Assembly (NCBI GenBank): GCA_964493715.1
Contig: CAZBPC010000009.1
Coordinates: forward strand, 1 to 51,181
Reading direction: 5' to 3'
DNA length: 51,181 nucleotides
From: an uncultured archaeon
GTDB taxonomy: Archaea; Asgardarchaeota; Lokiarchaeia; Sigyniarchaeales; SOKP01
Part shown: piece after piece, positions 9,756 to 19,147 of the stretch
How the letters are laid out: each line of letters starts with the position of its first letter
Numbering within the stretch: position 1 is the stretch's first letter
The notes under the pieces: generated by a model
The model's database searches: none
Told to the model about the DNA's origin: nothing
What the model saw: the letters and a program-made list of their open reading frames with translations, nothing else
Made by a program: the position numbers and the translations under genes

Positions 9756-11429
9756 TTAAATTGCTAATGGAGGTTCCCAGATACCATAAATCTCACGATA
9801 AATATCACAGATCTCTTGAATAGTTGCACCCTCCCTAGTTGCTTCTATGATTATGGGCATTACATTTGCTTCTTTTTCACAAACTTTCCGTAATTCATCT
9901 AATATTCTCTCTAATTTTGCATTATCTCTACGCTCTTTTAGCTTTTTAATTCTGTCTAATTCAATTTGAATGCTTTCCGGATTGGTTCTAAAGACATCTG
10001 TTACTGTATCATACGATACCGGATATTTATTTACTCCAATCATTATTTCTTCTCCATTTTCAATTTTAGTCCTTCTCTTATGGAATGCGTCACGCATTTC
10101 TTTGTACAACCAACCCGATGAAAGTGCTTTATCAATGGACCCAATTTTTTCAATTTTAGACATGTAGTTCCATACTTTTTCTTCAATTTCGTCAGTTAAC
10201 CATTCTACATAATAGGACCCCGCTAATGGATCAATCGTGTTTGCGATTCTTGTTTCATCTGCAATCACTTGTTGGGTTCTTAGTGCAACAAGAGCAGCAG
10301 CTTCACTAGGTAAACAAATGGCCTCATCATATGAATTAGTATGTAAAGATTGACATCCCCCTATATTTGCCTCCAGACCTTGAATTGCTGTACGTACGAT
10401 ATTTATCATTGGTAATTGCGCTGTCAAGGAACTTCCAGCAGTTTGCACGTGAAATCTGAATTGGAGAGATTTTGCATCTTGAGCGTTATATCGATCCTTC
10501 ATTATAGTTGCCCAAATTCTCCTCGCGGCCCGATATTTAGCAATTTCTTCAAAGAAATCCTTATGAGCTGCAAGGTGAAATGCTAATCGATCAACAAAAT
10601 CATCAATCTTCCATCCTCGAGCAATTATATTATCAATATGAGAAATAGCACTGGCAAACACAAAACCCAATTCTTGAACAGCATCTATTCCACCCTCCCG
10701 GTAATTATAACCTGTGAAGTTGATTGGATGCCATTGAGGCACATTTTTCATAGGAACAGTCCATTCAATTAAATCACATGCTAAACGCAATAAGTGGTTT
10801 GGTGGACAATTCTTATAAGGAATATACCCTACTGTCATCGTAAGAATATCGTTTTGTGTTGTTCCTATCAACTTCGATATGTCATAGCCTCGCATTTTGG
10901 CCATGTTAAAATACATTGCACAAACAGGCGCACTGGTAAAGGGTTCGACTACTAAAGCTACACTTACCTTATCAATTGGAATATCCTCCGTGAGCGCAAA
11001 TAACGAATCAATGCAATATAGAGGTACTCCGCTAGTCCCTACTTCAGGAGCACCATCACGATTAGTTGGATCAATGCCATTAAATGTCAAAGCATCCACT
11101 GCTGCACTAAACCCAGTTTCACCATTTTCGTAAAGATATTTCCATCTTTTATTAGTTTCTTCAGGAGTTCCATGACCCGAAAATAAACGCATTGTCCATA
11201 ATCTCCCTCTGTACATGTTTGGATAAACTCCTCGAGTATATGGAGGTTGTCCTGGAAAGTTCACCTTTTCAAAGTAATCTCCTTTCACATCAAGTGGAGT
11301 GTATAATTTCTTTACGGGTATACCAGAATCTGTCTCAAATTTTACTTCCCGTTCTTTAACATTTTTGTTTAGTTGTTCCCAGTCTTCTTTTTCCTTTTTT
11401 ACTTTCTCTAAAAAGTTTTTGTCATACAA
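9756..11429 (-). CDS. Acyl-CoA mutase large (substrate-binding) subunit, methylmalonyl-CoA mutase family, atypical specificity residues
   Basis: PGQPPYTRGVYPNMYRGRLWTMR, GTTQNDIL, FFEEIAKYRAARR, SLHTNSYDEA, DPLAGSYYVE; TTG start. Confidence 0.95.
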   Translation of the reverse strand: MYDKNFLEKVKKEKEDWEQLNKNVKEREVKFETDSGIPVKKLYTPLDVKGDYFEKVNFPGQPPYTRGVYPNMYRGRLWTMRLFSGHGTPEETNKRWKYLYENGETGFSAAVDALTFNGIDPTNRDGAPEVGTSGVPLYCIDSLFALTEDIPIDKVSVALVVEPFTSAPVCAMYFNMAKMRGYDISKLIGTTQNDILTMTVGYIPYKNCPPNHLLRLACDLIEWTVPMKNVPQWHPINFTGYNYREGGIDAVQELGFVFASAISHIDNIIARGWKIDDFVDRLAFHLAAHKDFFEEIAKYRAARRIWATIMKDRYNAQDAKSLQFRFHVQTAGSSLTAQLPMINIVRTAIQGLEANIGGCQSLHTNSYDEAICLPSEAAALVALRTQQVIADETRIANTIDPLAGSYYVEWLTDEIEEKVWNYMSKIEKIGSIDKALSSGWLYKEMRDAFHKRRTKIENGEEIMIGVNKYPVSYDTVTDVFRTNPESIQIELDRIKKLKERRDNAKLERILDELRKVCEKEANVMPIIIEATREGATIQEICDIYREIYGIWEPPLAI

Positions 11430-11543
11430 TTGAGAATCACATTGGTTATATTATATTACTAAATAGTAGTAGTTCAAAATTAATTAGAATTATGAAAATA
11501 GATTTTTATTTATTTCAGATCAAAAAATATAAAAAATAGAAAA

Positions 11544-12275
11544 TTAGGATTTATGGAATATTTTTTCTATTCTTTTGGGCAAGAGAAACCCAATGAAGAA
11601 AAGAATTGCACTCAAAATTGTAATTAATCGTGTAAATATTAGAGTTATGGCATTGAGAGGTATAACCGCATCGAAAAATCCTCCAATCGTAAAAAATACA
11701 AATGCTGTCAATAGAAACTTCCCTTTAAGTTGTATTTTTTTATCTTCTGATTTAATCGATCTCCTACTAAAGATGATTCCAGTTATTATTGTTAATAGAA
11801 TCGCATAGAGTTGGAAGATCATTGGAATAAAGCCAGGTTGAGAATAGAATTTCTCCCGAATTGTACCTAGTTCTGAAGGTGCAATGAATAAAAAGATGAC
11901 AAAGAAGATCTCAAAACTCACCGATATAATTACATTAATTAAAATAAAAAATTTCTTGTCTGAAATTGATGAAATAAGCACGGAATAGCCAAAAATCCAA
12001 CATATAACTGCGAAGGGGATAAAAGCATTTCCCAAAAGCAAATATATTGATAATGGAAGAGGATTCTCTGTAATAAGTATTGTAAAAAATGAAAATCCAG
12101 ATCCCCACCACGCTGAACTAATTAGAATCCATGCAAAACCCACCAATAAGAATATTTTATTTTTGGTTGATAAATATTTCAAAGCAATTCTTAAACCTAC
12201 AATTAAAAAAGTAACTACAAGAATTAATGTAAAAATTCCGTGAATTAACTCCAATTCTGTCAGTTGTAATAACAT
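11544..12275 (-). CDS. Multi-pass (~7 TM) membrane protein of unknown function
   Basis: 243 aa with about seven hydrophobic helices and a basic C-tail. Confidence 0.75.
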   Translation of the reverse strand: MLLQLTELELIHGIFTLILVVTFLIVGLRIALKYLSTKNKIFLLVGFAWILISSAWWGSGFSFFTILITENPLPLSIYLLLGNAFIPFAVICWIFGYSVLISSISDKKFFILINVIISVSFEIFFVIFLFIAPSELGTIREKFYSQPGFIPMIFQLYAILLTIITGIIFSRRSIKSEDKKIQLKGKFLLTAFVFFTIGGFFDAVIPLNAITLIFTRLITILSAILFFIGFLLPKRIEKIFHKS

Positions 12276-12562
12276 ATTTATAGCCTTTATTAGGAATTTT
12301 TAAAGTAGATCAAATATGATTTAGAGATGTAAATCTTTTTATTTAAATCCAATACAATGTCTGATATTTAGATCTAAGTCGATTAATTAAATTTCATTTT
12401 GTAATAATAATTTTTATGAAAACAATTTTTTTTTAAGTCAAAATACATCATAATAAGTAGTCTGTTTAAATGTAAAAATATACAATTTAAGGTAGAAAAA
12501 AACAATTTAAACATTTGAAGATATTATACTATAACTTTTTTAATTTTAGGACGTGAAAGTAA

Positions 12563-13276
12563 ATGGAAAAAAAAAAAATATTAATTATTTCAGCAATAGT
12601 AAATATCATCATACTTGTAGCCGTTTTAATAAACATCATTATAGTTATCCCTTTAACAGCAGAAAATGCTTGGATATATGGATTATATATAGTGATAGCG
12701 GGACTTGTTGCTTATTTAACAGGATTGTTTCTTGTAGAGGGTTATCGTTTGGAAATAATTGGAACTGTTATTATATTAGTTGGTGAACTTTTCATAATAA
12801 CATATTTTGCATTAATCTTTAAAACTTTCTGGGTAAGTGTATTTGTTATATTTCCTACAGTTACATTTTCAGTTTTATTAATCATAGCTTATTATTATAG
12901 CAAGGAAATTTTACCTAATCAAAATGGATATAACTTAGCATTGATGCTAACTTCGGGTTCTTTATTCTTTTTAATGATTGAAGCTGCTTTTAGAGTTCCC
13001 GATTTTTTTCAAGAAGCAAATGTCCCAATATGGGCATACATTTTGATAGCAGCTGGATTATTACTATATGCATTTACAACGTGGAAAATTTTAGAAAGAC
13101 CAAGTTATATCATGGCTTTAACTGGAGCTTTTATTATCAATATTGGAATACTTATGATAGAATTATTTTACCGTCTTCATGATATTACAGGGCTTTTCAT
13201 GTTAATATTTGTCCCACCTGCTGCTATTTTCTTATTACTTATCTATATAAATTATAAAATATCTCCATATGATTAA
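12563..13276 (+). CDS. Multi-pass membrane protein of unknown function
   Basis: 237 aa with about eight hydrophobic segments. Confidence 0.75.
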   Translation: MEKKKILIISAIVNIIILVAVLINIIIVIPLTAENAWIYGLYIVIAGLVAYLTGLFLVEGYRLEIIGTVIILVGELFIITYFALIFKTFWVSVFVIFPTVTFSVLLIIAYYYSKEILPNQNGYNLALMLTSGSLFFLMIEAAFRVPDFFQEANVPIWAYILIAAGLLLYAFTTWKILERPSYIMALTGAFIINIGILMIELFYRLHDITGLFMLIFVPPAAIFLLLIYINYKISPYD

Positions 13277-13340
13277 TTTAACTCAATAAAACTATTTTCT
13301 CTCTCTTTTTTATTCTTTTGAGTATTAGTATTATCTAATC

Positions 13341-13910
13341 TTACTTAAACTTAAACTCTAATTGAATTAAATTTGATGTTTTTTCTTCCCTTAATGTTAT
13401 AAATTCTAACTTAAAATATTCGGATAGCAGATTTTTATATAATGCTGAGAAATAATTTGAAAAGAGTTCATCTAAATCATGTAAACCCTTAAAGATAAAA
13501 ATCTTGTCTCGAATCTGAATATCGATTGTATTAAACCATTTTAATCCATTTTTTCCATATAGATCAATTGAAAAGGCAGCATAAGTCTTCAATGAATCTT
13601 CATCTTTTGGTTTTGTTATCGAGAATTTCATTAAATCAGAATACAAGGAAGACACCTCATTAGCTAGAATATTTAAATCTTCATTATTCACTTTAGATAA
13701 TATTTTGGAAAATGCGATTTTAGATATCATGATCAGGTTGTTATTTTGATTTAATAATTCTAGATTAAGCCATTGTTCAATGGCATTTTTCGCAACCAAT
13801 CCACGAGTTTTATTGTTTTGCTTTGCAATAAGATCCAATTTATCGAGGACTCCATCTGAAAGTCTAAAACCAAGAAAATTTTCTTTTTTTTTTTTAGGTT
13901 TTGTCGCCAT
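13341..13910 (-). CDS. Ribbon-helix-helix (CopG-like) transcription factor with a C-terminal domain; start reassigned to MATKPKK
   Basis: FLGFRLSDGVLDKLDLIAKQNNKTRGLVAKNAIEQWL fits the RHH pattern; the track's longer N-terminus lies in promoter-like DNA. Confidence 0.72.
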   Translation of the reverse strand: MATKPKKKKENFLGFRLSDGVLDKLDLIAKQNNKTRGLVAKNAIEQWLNLELLNQNNNLIMISKIAFSKILSKVNNEDLNILANEVSSLYSDLMKFSITKPKDEDSLKTYAAFSIDLYGKNGLKWFNTIDIQIRDKIFIFKGLHDLDELFSNYFSALYKNLLSEYFKLEFITLREEKTSNLIQLEFKFK

Positions 13911-13953
13911 TTTAAGTTTTTCTCTCTTTTTTCTTATATAAATAAAAAATGTT

Positions 13954-14023
13954 TTTATATGCATATAAAGTTGTTGTTTGTGTTTTTTGTTTTCAGATGA
14001 TAACATATAAATATGATGTCATC
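13954..14023. promoter_or_regulatory. Two palindromes in a divergent promoter region (candidate operators)
   Basis: Perfect TTTATATGCATATAAA (13954-13969); imperfect GATGA-N3-CATAT-AA-ATATG-N3-TCATC (13996-14023). Confidence 0.35.
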
Positions 14024-14121
14024 ATTATTTTAAATTATCCAATGTAGAGGAAAAATAGTCAAAAATTATAGATCGTAATATCAAATTAACAAAGTAAAAC
14101 AAATTACAAGAGTTGATTAAT

Positions 14122-14778
14122 ATGGAAGAAATTAAAAATATTGAAAAAATAGCTGAAGAAAATTCTAATATCGCAGCAAGTGAAAAAGAATCTGCTGATG
14201 AAATGAAAACTTTATCGAAACAGACTGTAAAAAGGGCCAAAGCTAGAGAAATGTTAGTTAAAGCTGAAATTGAGTTAGCGATTACTCGAGAGAGATTAGC
14301 TACCAAGGGTATGAAATTGGTTGAAAAAAAAGAAAAAACAAAAATACTTTTGAAATTTAGTGATGATATCATAAAATCGGAGAGACATCAAGCAATTTAC
14401 AATAAAAATGTAGCTGAAATTCAAAAAGAAATAGCTGAAATTCAGAGAAAGATTGCACATACTGAAACTGAAATTGCTGAGATGTGGGTAAAAGTTGCAA
14501 ATAGAAAACTCAATGATTCTAAAGAAAGAAGTATTCTAGCGAAAAAACAAATAACTTATGTAAAGTTATCAAGTACTAATGCACCTAGTGAGAAGGTTTC
14601 TAAGGCTGAGGAAGCATATCTTAGAATTCAGAAAGGATTACTTAAATTGGAAAAGAACGCGCTAGAACTTAACAAAAACATATCTACAAAACAGAATCAA
14701 TTAGCTGATCTTAAGAAGGAACTCTCCGAAAAATTATCACAAAGAGAAAAAATCAGACCTCCATCAAATAGTTCGTAA
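14122..14778 (+). CDS. Coiled-coil protein of unknown function
   Basis: E/K/A-rich heptad pattern, almost no Pro/Gly; ATG at 14122 (TTG at 14113 is an alternative). Confidence 0.8.
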   Translation: MEEIKNIEKIAEENSNIAASEKESADEMKTLSKQTVKRAKAREMLVKAEIELAITRERLATKGMKLVEKKEKTKILLKFSDDIIKSERHQAIYNKNVAEIQKEIAEIQRKIAHTETEIAEMWVKVANRKLNDSKERSILAKKQITYVKLSSTNAPSEKVSKAEEAYLRIQKGLLKLEKNALELNKNISTKQNQLADLKKELSEKLSQREKIRPPSNSS

Positions 14779-14947
14779 AAATTAATTAAAAAATAAATCT
14801 AAAGAATAATTTCTTTTCACTTTATTTAATATCTTTTTTGTGAATTTGCCAATTTATATAGAATAATTTTCTTTTTGTAATAAAATTAAAATTATGTTAA
14901 GCACTCAAGATTATTAGTTATATTTTAAGAAAAAATAGGAGAAATGG

Positions 14948-16108
14948 ATGGTTTCTATGGATTTTGGGTTAACAGAAAAGCAAAAAATGATAAGAAAGAT
15001 CACCCGTGAATTCGCAGAGGAATATATTGTTCCCATTGCGGAAGAAAGTGATCGTATCTCCGAACTTGATCCAACTGTAATGAAAAAAATGAAAGAAATG
15101 AATTTTTTTGGTTCTTGTATACCTGAAGAATATGGAGGTGCTGGATTAGATGAAGATACAATTGCATTCGCGATTTGTACTGAAGAGATTGGGAGAATTG
15201 ATGCATCATGGGCTATCACTACTGGCGTACATTGTAGTGTTTGCTTATATCCCATATTTCGCTTTGGAAATGAAGAACAAAAACAAAAGTTCTTAATACC
15301 ACTAGCAAAAGGTGATAGGATTGGTGCATTTTGTTTAACAGAAGCAAATGCAGGTTCAGATGCAGGCGGCGTGCAATTAACAGCAGAAAAGGACGGAGAT
15401 GAATATATTCTTAACGGAAGCAAAATTTTTGCCACTAATGGAGGGATAGCAAAAACTTTATTAGTTGTGGCTAAATCGGGAGAAACTAACGCACGAAAAC
15501 AATTAACTGTATTTATTGTCGATACAGATACTCCAGGATATAGTGTTGGAGTAAAAGAAGATAAATTAGGTGTCCGAGCATCAAATACATCAGAACTAGT
15601 ATTCCAAGATGTAAGAGTACCCGAAGAAAACATATTAGGAGGCTTAGGCAATGGATTCAGACTTGGACTTCAAATTTTGGATTATGGTAGGATTACTATC
15701 GCAGCTCAATGCTTAGGTTTGGCACAAGGTTGTTTAGAAGCTTCTGTTAAATATGCAAACGAAAGAGAACAATTTGGAACTAAAATTGGCAGTTTCCAAG
15801 GAATTCAATGGAAAATAGCGGATATGGCTACAGATGTGGAATCCGCTCGATTATTAACCTATAAGGCAGCATGGATGTGCGATCAAAAAATGGATTACGG
15901 ATTAGCGGGATCAATGGCTAAATTAGTTGCTTCAGAAGCGGCAATGAAGGCAGCTCATCAAGCAGTTCAGATACATGGTGGTTATGGGTTGATGAAAGCT
16001 TATGCAGTCGAACGATTTTTTAGAGATGCCAAGATGGGTGAAATTTATGAAGGTACCTCTGAAATACAAAGAATGGTTATCGCAAACCACATGTTAAAAG
16101 GAAGGTAA
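14948..16108 (+). CDS. Acyl-CoA dehydrogenase (short-chain/butyryl-CoA type)
   Basis: GAFCLTEANAGSDA, LNGSKIFATNG, REQFG, QIHGGYG, EIYEGTSEIQR. Confidence 0.96.
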   Translation: MVSMDFGLTEKQKMIRKITREFAEEYIVPIAEESDRISELDPTVMKKMKEMNFFGSCIPEEYGGAGLDEDTIAFAICTEEIGRIDASWAITTGVHCSVCLYPIFRFGNEEQKQKFLIPLAKGDRIGAFCLTEANAGSDAGGVQLTAEKDGDEYILNGSKIFATNGGIAKTLLVVAKSGETNARKQLTVFIVDTDTPGYSVGVKEDKLGVRASNTSELVFQDVRVPEENILGGLGNGFRLGLQILDYGRITIAAQCLGLAQGCLEASVKYANEREQFGTKIGSFQGIQWKIADMATDVESARLLTYKAAWMCDQKMDYGLAGSMAKLVASEAAMKAAHQAVQIHGGYGLMKAYAVERFFRDAKMGEIYEGTSEIQRMVIANHMLKGR

Positions 16109-16280
16109 TATTTTTTTATTTCTATTTTTTCATTCTTTTCTAAATTTAAATATAAGTTGACATTATTTTCAATTTTTTTTATCATTTATTAAAATAAAAG
16201 GCAAAATTTGATAATATTTTATAGTAACCTTTGATATTTTGATCTAATTATCAAATTATTATTAAAGGGATACATGATTC

Positions 16281-17090
16281 ATGAAAGTTTTTGTTTGCAT
16301 AAAACAAGTACCGGGAGTATCCGAGGTAAAAATAGATCCTAAAACAAATACCTTGGTAAGGGAAGGAATTCCATCAATAATCAATCCTCATGATAAACAT
16401 GCGGTTGAATTAGGTATTTCAATCAAAGAAAAATATGGTGGAGATGTTATTGCATTAAGCATGGGACCACCTCAAGCTGAAAAAGCACTTAGAGAAGTAC
16501 TTTCTATGGGTGTAGATAAAGCTTATTTACTGACTGACAGAGCTTTTGCAGGAGCTGATACTCTTGCAACATCACATACATTAGCATTAGCAATTAAAAA
16601 ATTACTTAAGGAAACAAACGTAGAAAATAAGTATATTGTTATTTGTGGAACACAAGCTGTAGATGGTGATACGGCTCAAGTAGGTCCTGAATTAGCTGAA
16701 GAATTAAAAATTCCTCAAATAACTTATGTTTTAAAATTCCAGCTGGAAAAGAATGATAAAGTGATAGTTGAACGGGCTTTTCAAGCTGAAGAAGTTGTAG
16801 AAATTGAAACAAAGCTTCCTGTATTAATATCTGTTGTAAAAGAAATTAATGATCCACGAATACCAGGAGTCCAAGGAATTGTAAATGCGTACCAAAAGAA
16901 AGAAGTTATATATTTAAATGCTGATGATATTGGCGCAGATAAATCTGATGTTGGATTGAACGGCTCAATGACAGAAGTATGGAAAATTTTCATTCCAAAA
17001 AAAAAAGTAGATCATATTGTATTAACGGGGACAATTGAAGAGATGGTAAGAGAATTATGTATCAATTTACATGATGATAAGGTGATATAA
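16281..17090 (+). CDS. etfB: Electron transfer flavoprotein beta subunit
   Basis: VCIKQVP, INPHD, DRAFAGADTLAT, GTQAVDGDTAQVGP. Confidence 0.96.
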   Translation: MKVFVCIKQVPGVSEVKIDPKTNTLVREGIPSIINPHDKHAVELGISIKEKYGGDVIALSMGPPQAEKALREVLSMGVDKAYLLTDRAFAGADTLATSHTLALAIKKLLKETNVENKYIVICGTQAVDGDTAQVGPELAEELKIPQITYVLKFQLEKNDKVIVERAFQAEEVVEIETKLPVLISVVKEINDPRIPGVQGIVNAYQKKEVIYLNADDIGADKSDVGLNGSMTEVWKIFIPKKKVDHIVLTGTIEEMVRELCINLHDDKVI

Positions 17091-17101
17091 GAGGTGATCT
17101 C

Positions 17102-18298
17102 ATGAGCATAATTATTGATAGTGAGCTGTGTACTGCTTGTGAATCTTGTGTTGCAGCTTGCCCTTACGGTGGAATCAAAATCATAGAAGGTTCTGCAGTA
17201 ATTACACCTGATTGCAATTTATGCGGTGCATGTGTAGATGCTTGTCCTGTAGAGGCAATCACCTTAGAACGTGCGGTTTATGTTGATAAAGTGGATAAAA
17301 AACAGTTTAAAGGAGTCTGGGTAATAGCTGAACATTATGCGGGACAAATCCACAAGGTTGCTTATCAATTACTTGGAAAAGGGAGACAATTAGCGGATAT
17401 TTTAAAAACTGATTTAACTTTGGTGATTCTCGGTACAAATTTTGATGATAGCTTATCAAGTTTTGGTGATTATGGAGCAGATCAAGTAATTTATGTAGCA
17501 TCAAAAATATTGAAACATTACTATTCAGATATATATGTAAACATATTATCAGAATTAGTAACCGAAAGAAAACCAGAAGTAATTTTAATTGGAGCTACAC
17601 CTACTGGACGAGACTTTGCTCCACGGTTAGCCAAGCGGTTGAATGTGGGGTTAACCGCAGATTGTACGGGATTAGAAATTGAAGAAGAAACTAGAAATTT
17701 GAGGCAAACAAGGCCAACATTTGGGGGAAATTTAATGGCAACTATTCGTACCCCCATAAGTAGACCACAAATGTCGACCGTTAGACCTGGAATTTTTAAA
17801 GCAAGTAAGGAAATTAAAAGAAAAATTAAGATTCTTAAAATCGAGAAAGATTTAAAGGAAACTGATTCAGTTACTAAACTATTAAAGGTAATTCAAAAGC
17901 AAAAGACTAAAATAGATCTTGAAGATGCGGAGATTATTGTATCAGGAGGAAGGGGAGTTGGATCTAAAGAAGGTTTTAAAATACTTAAAGAATTAGCTGA
18001 TGCTTTAGGAGCAGAATTAGGGGGATCTCGAGTCACCGTTGAGCTCAATTGGATTGATCCAGACAGACAAGTCGGTCAAACTGGGAAGACTGTATCACCT
18101 AAATTGTATATTGCATGTGGGATTTCAGGAGCAGTTCAACATACGGTGGGTATGGAAAATTCTGAAATAATAGTAGCAATTAATAGGGATAAAGATGCCC
18201 CAATCTTTAGTATTGCGCATTATTGTATAGTTGGTGATTTACATCAAATTGTTCCTATTTTAACTAAAGAAATAAGAAAAATAAAATCAGAAGACTGA
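17102..18298 (+). CDS. etfA: Electron transfer flavoprotein alpha subunit with an N-terminal 2x[4Fe-4S] ferredoxin domain
   Basis: Two CxxCxxCxxxCP motifs; GLTADC, RPTFGG, QVGQTGK, GISGAVQH; SD GAGGTGA at 17091. Confidence 0.96.
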   Translation: MSIIIDSELCTACESCVAACPYGGIKIIEGSAVITPDCNLCGACVDACPVEAITLERAVYVDKVDKKQFKGVWVIAEHYAGQIHKVAYQLLGKGRQLADILKTDLTLVILGTNFDDSLSSFGDYGADQVIYVASKILKHYYSDIYVNILSELVTERKPEVILIGATPTGRDFAPRLAKRLNVGLTADCTGLEIEEETRNLRQTRPTFGGNLMATIRTPISRPQMSTVRPGIFKASKEIKRKIKILKIEKDLKETDSVTKLLKVIQKQKTKIDLEDAEIIVSGGRGVGSKEGFKILKELADALGAELGGSRVTVELNWIDPDRQVGQTGKTVSPKLYIACGISGAVQHTVGMENSEIIVAINRDKDAPIFSIAHYCIVGDLHQIVPILTKEIRKIKSED

Positions 18299-18355
18299 AA
18301 ATTAATTAAGAAAAAAAATAAAAGATATAAGACAAGAGATAATTCTTTCTTTAGA

Positions 18356-19147
18356 TTATACTTTATCTAATCGGCCACCATTAATTCCTATTATTTCTCC
18401 ATTCATAAACCATGCATCATCACTGCATAGGAATAGGATTACCCGGGAAACATATTTAGCTTCACCAATCCCTAAGGGTATTCTTTCCGAGTAATACTTT
18501 CTCCATTTACCATCTTGTTTACTTAGTAATTCACCTAAAATTGGTGTTTCTATTAAAGTAGGCATAATTGCATGTGTTCTTATATTATATCGAATTAATT
18601 CTAAACCCGCTGTTTTTACCATGCCAATCATTCCTGCTTTTGCAGCTGAATAATTTAATTGACCAATATTTCCTTCAGCAGCTTGACTACTAATGGTTAT
18701 TACTCGTCTATCTGGATTATCGGCGATCTTTTCTTTTGGATTTTCTTTACATATATCAATCCAACGTTTTGTGCACGCTTGGAGAGTTAGAAAAAATCCT
18801 TTAAGATGCGTATTAATTACATCATCCCATCTCTCTTCTTCTAATTTGTGGATCATTCCATCCTTAAGGATCCCTGCGGAATGTATTAAAAAATCTACAG
18901 CGCCTACTTTTTCAAAGGCAGTCTTCACAGCATCTTCTACATCAGAGGATTTTCGAACATCACAATCTATAAATAAAACGTCCCCTCCCGCATTCTTTAT
19001 TTCTTTTTCTACTCTTTCTCCATTTTTCTTATCAAAATCAGCAATTACTACCTTTGCTCCTTCTTTAGCAAAATTTTTCGCAGTTTCTTCTCCCAACCCA
19101 GAAGCGCCTCCAGTAATAAAAGCCACTTTTCCGTTAAACCTTACCAA
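18356..19147 (-). CDS. Short-chain dehydrogenase/reductase (FabG-like 3-oxoacyl reductase)
   Basis: TGGASGLG, HSAGI, GNIGQLNYSAAKAG (YxxxK); TTG start at 19147 follows GAGGT. Confidence 0.92.
   Translation of the reverse strand: MVRFNGKVAFITGGASGLGEETAKNFAKEGAKVVIADFDKKNGERVEKEIKNAGGDVLFIDCDVRKSSDVEDAVKTAFEKVGAVDFLIHSAGILKDGMIHKLEEERWDDVINTHLKGFFLTLQACTKRWIDICKENPKEKIADNPDRRVITISSQAAEGNIGQLNYSAAKAGMIGMVKTAGLELIRYNIRTHAIMPTLIETPILGELLSKQDGKWRKYYSERIPLGIGEAKYVSRVILFLCSDDAWFMNGEIIGINGGRLDKV

Noticed and set aside
7669-11429. Autotrophic 3-hydroxypropionate/4-hydroxybutyrate cycle
   Set aside because: No carboxylase or epimerase in the window, the mutase lacks methylmalonyl-CoA specificity residues, and the context is catabolic
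13911-14006. Longer N-terminus of the RHH gene from the ORF track
   Set aside because: Low-complexity promoter-like DNA; the RHH domain starts soon after Met 13910
14122-14778. ESCRT-III/Snf7 or BAR assignment for the coiled-coil protein
   Set aside because: No diagnostic motif or neighbouring ESCRT genes; cannot be supported without profile or structure search
14914-15651. 245-aa minus-strand ORF
   Set aside because: Antisense shadow of the acyl-CoA dehydrogenase; no motifs
16238-16255. TTTGAT-N6-ATCAAA upstream of etfB as an FNR-like site
   Set aside because: The spacer differs from the FNR N4 and such short repeats are expected by chance in AT-rich DNA
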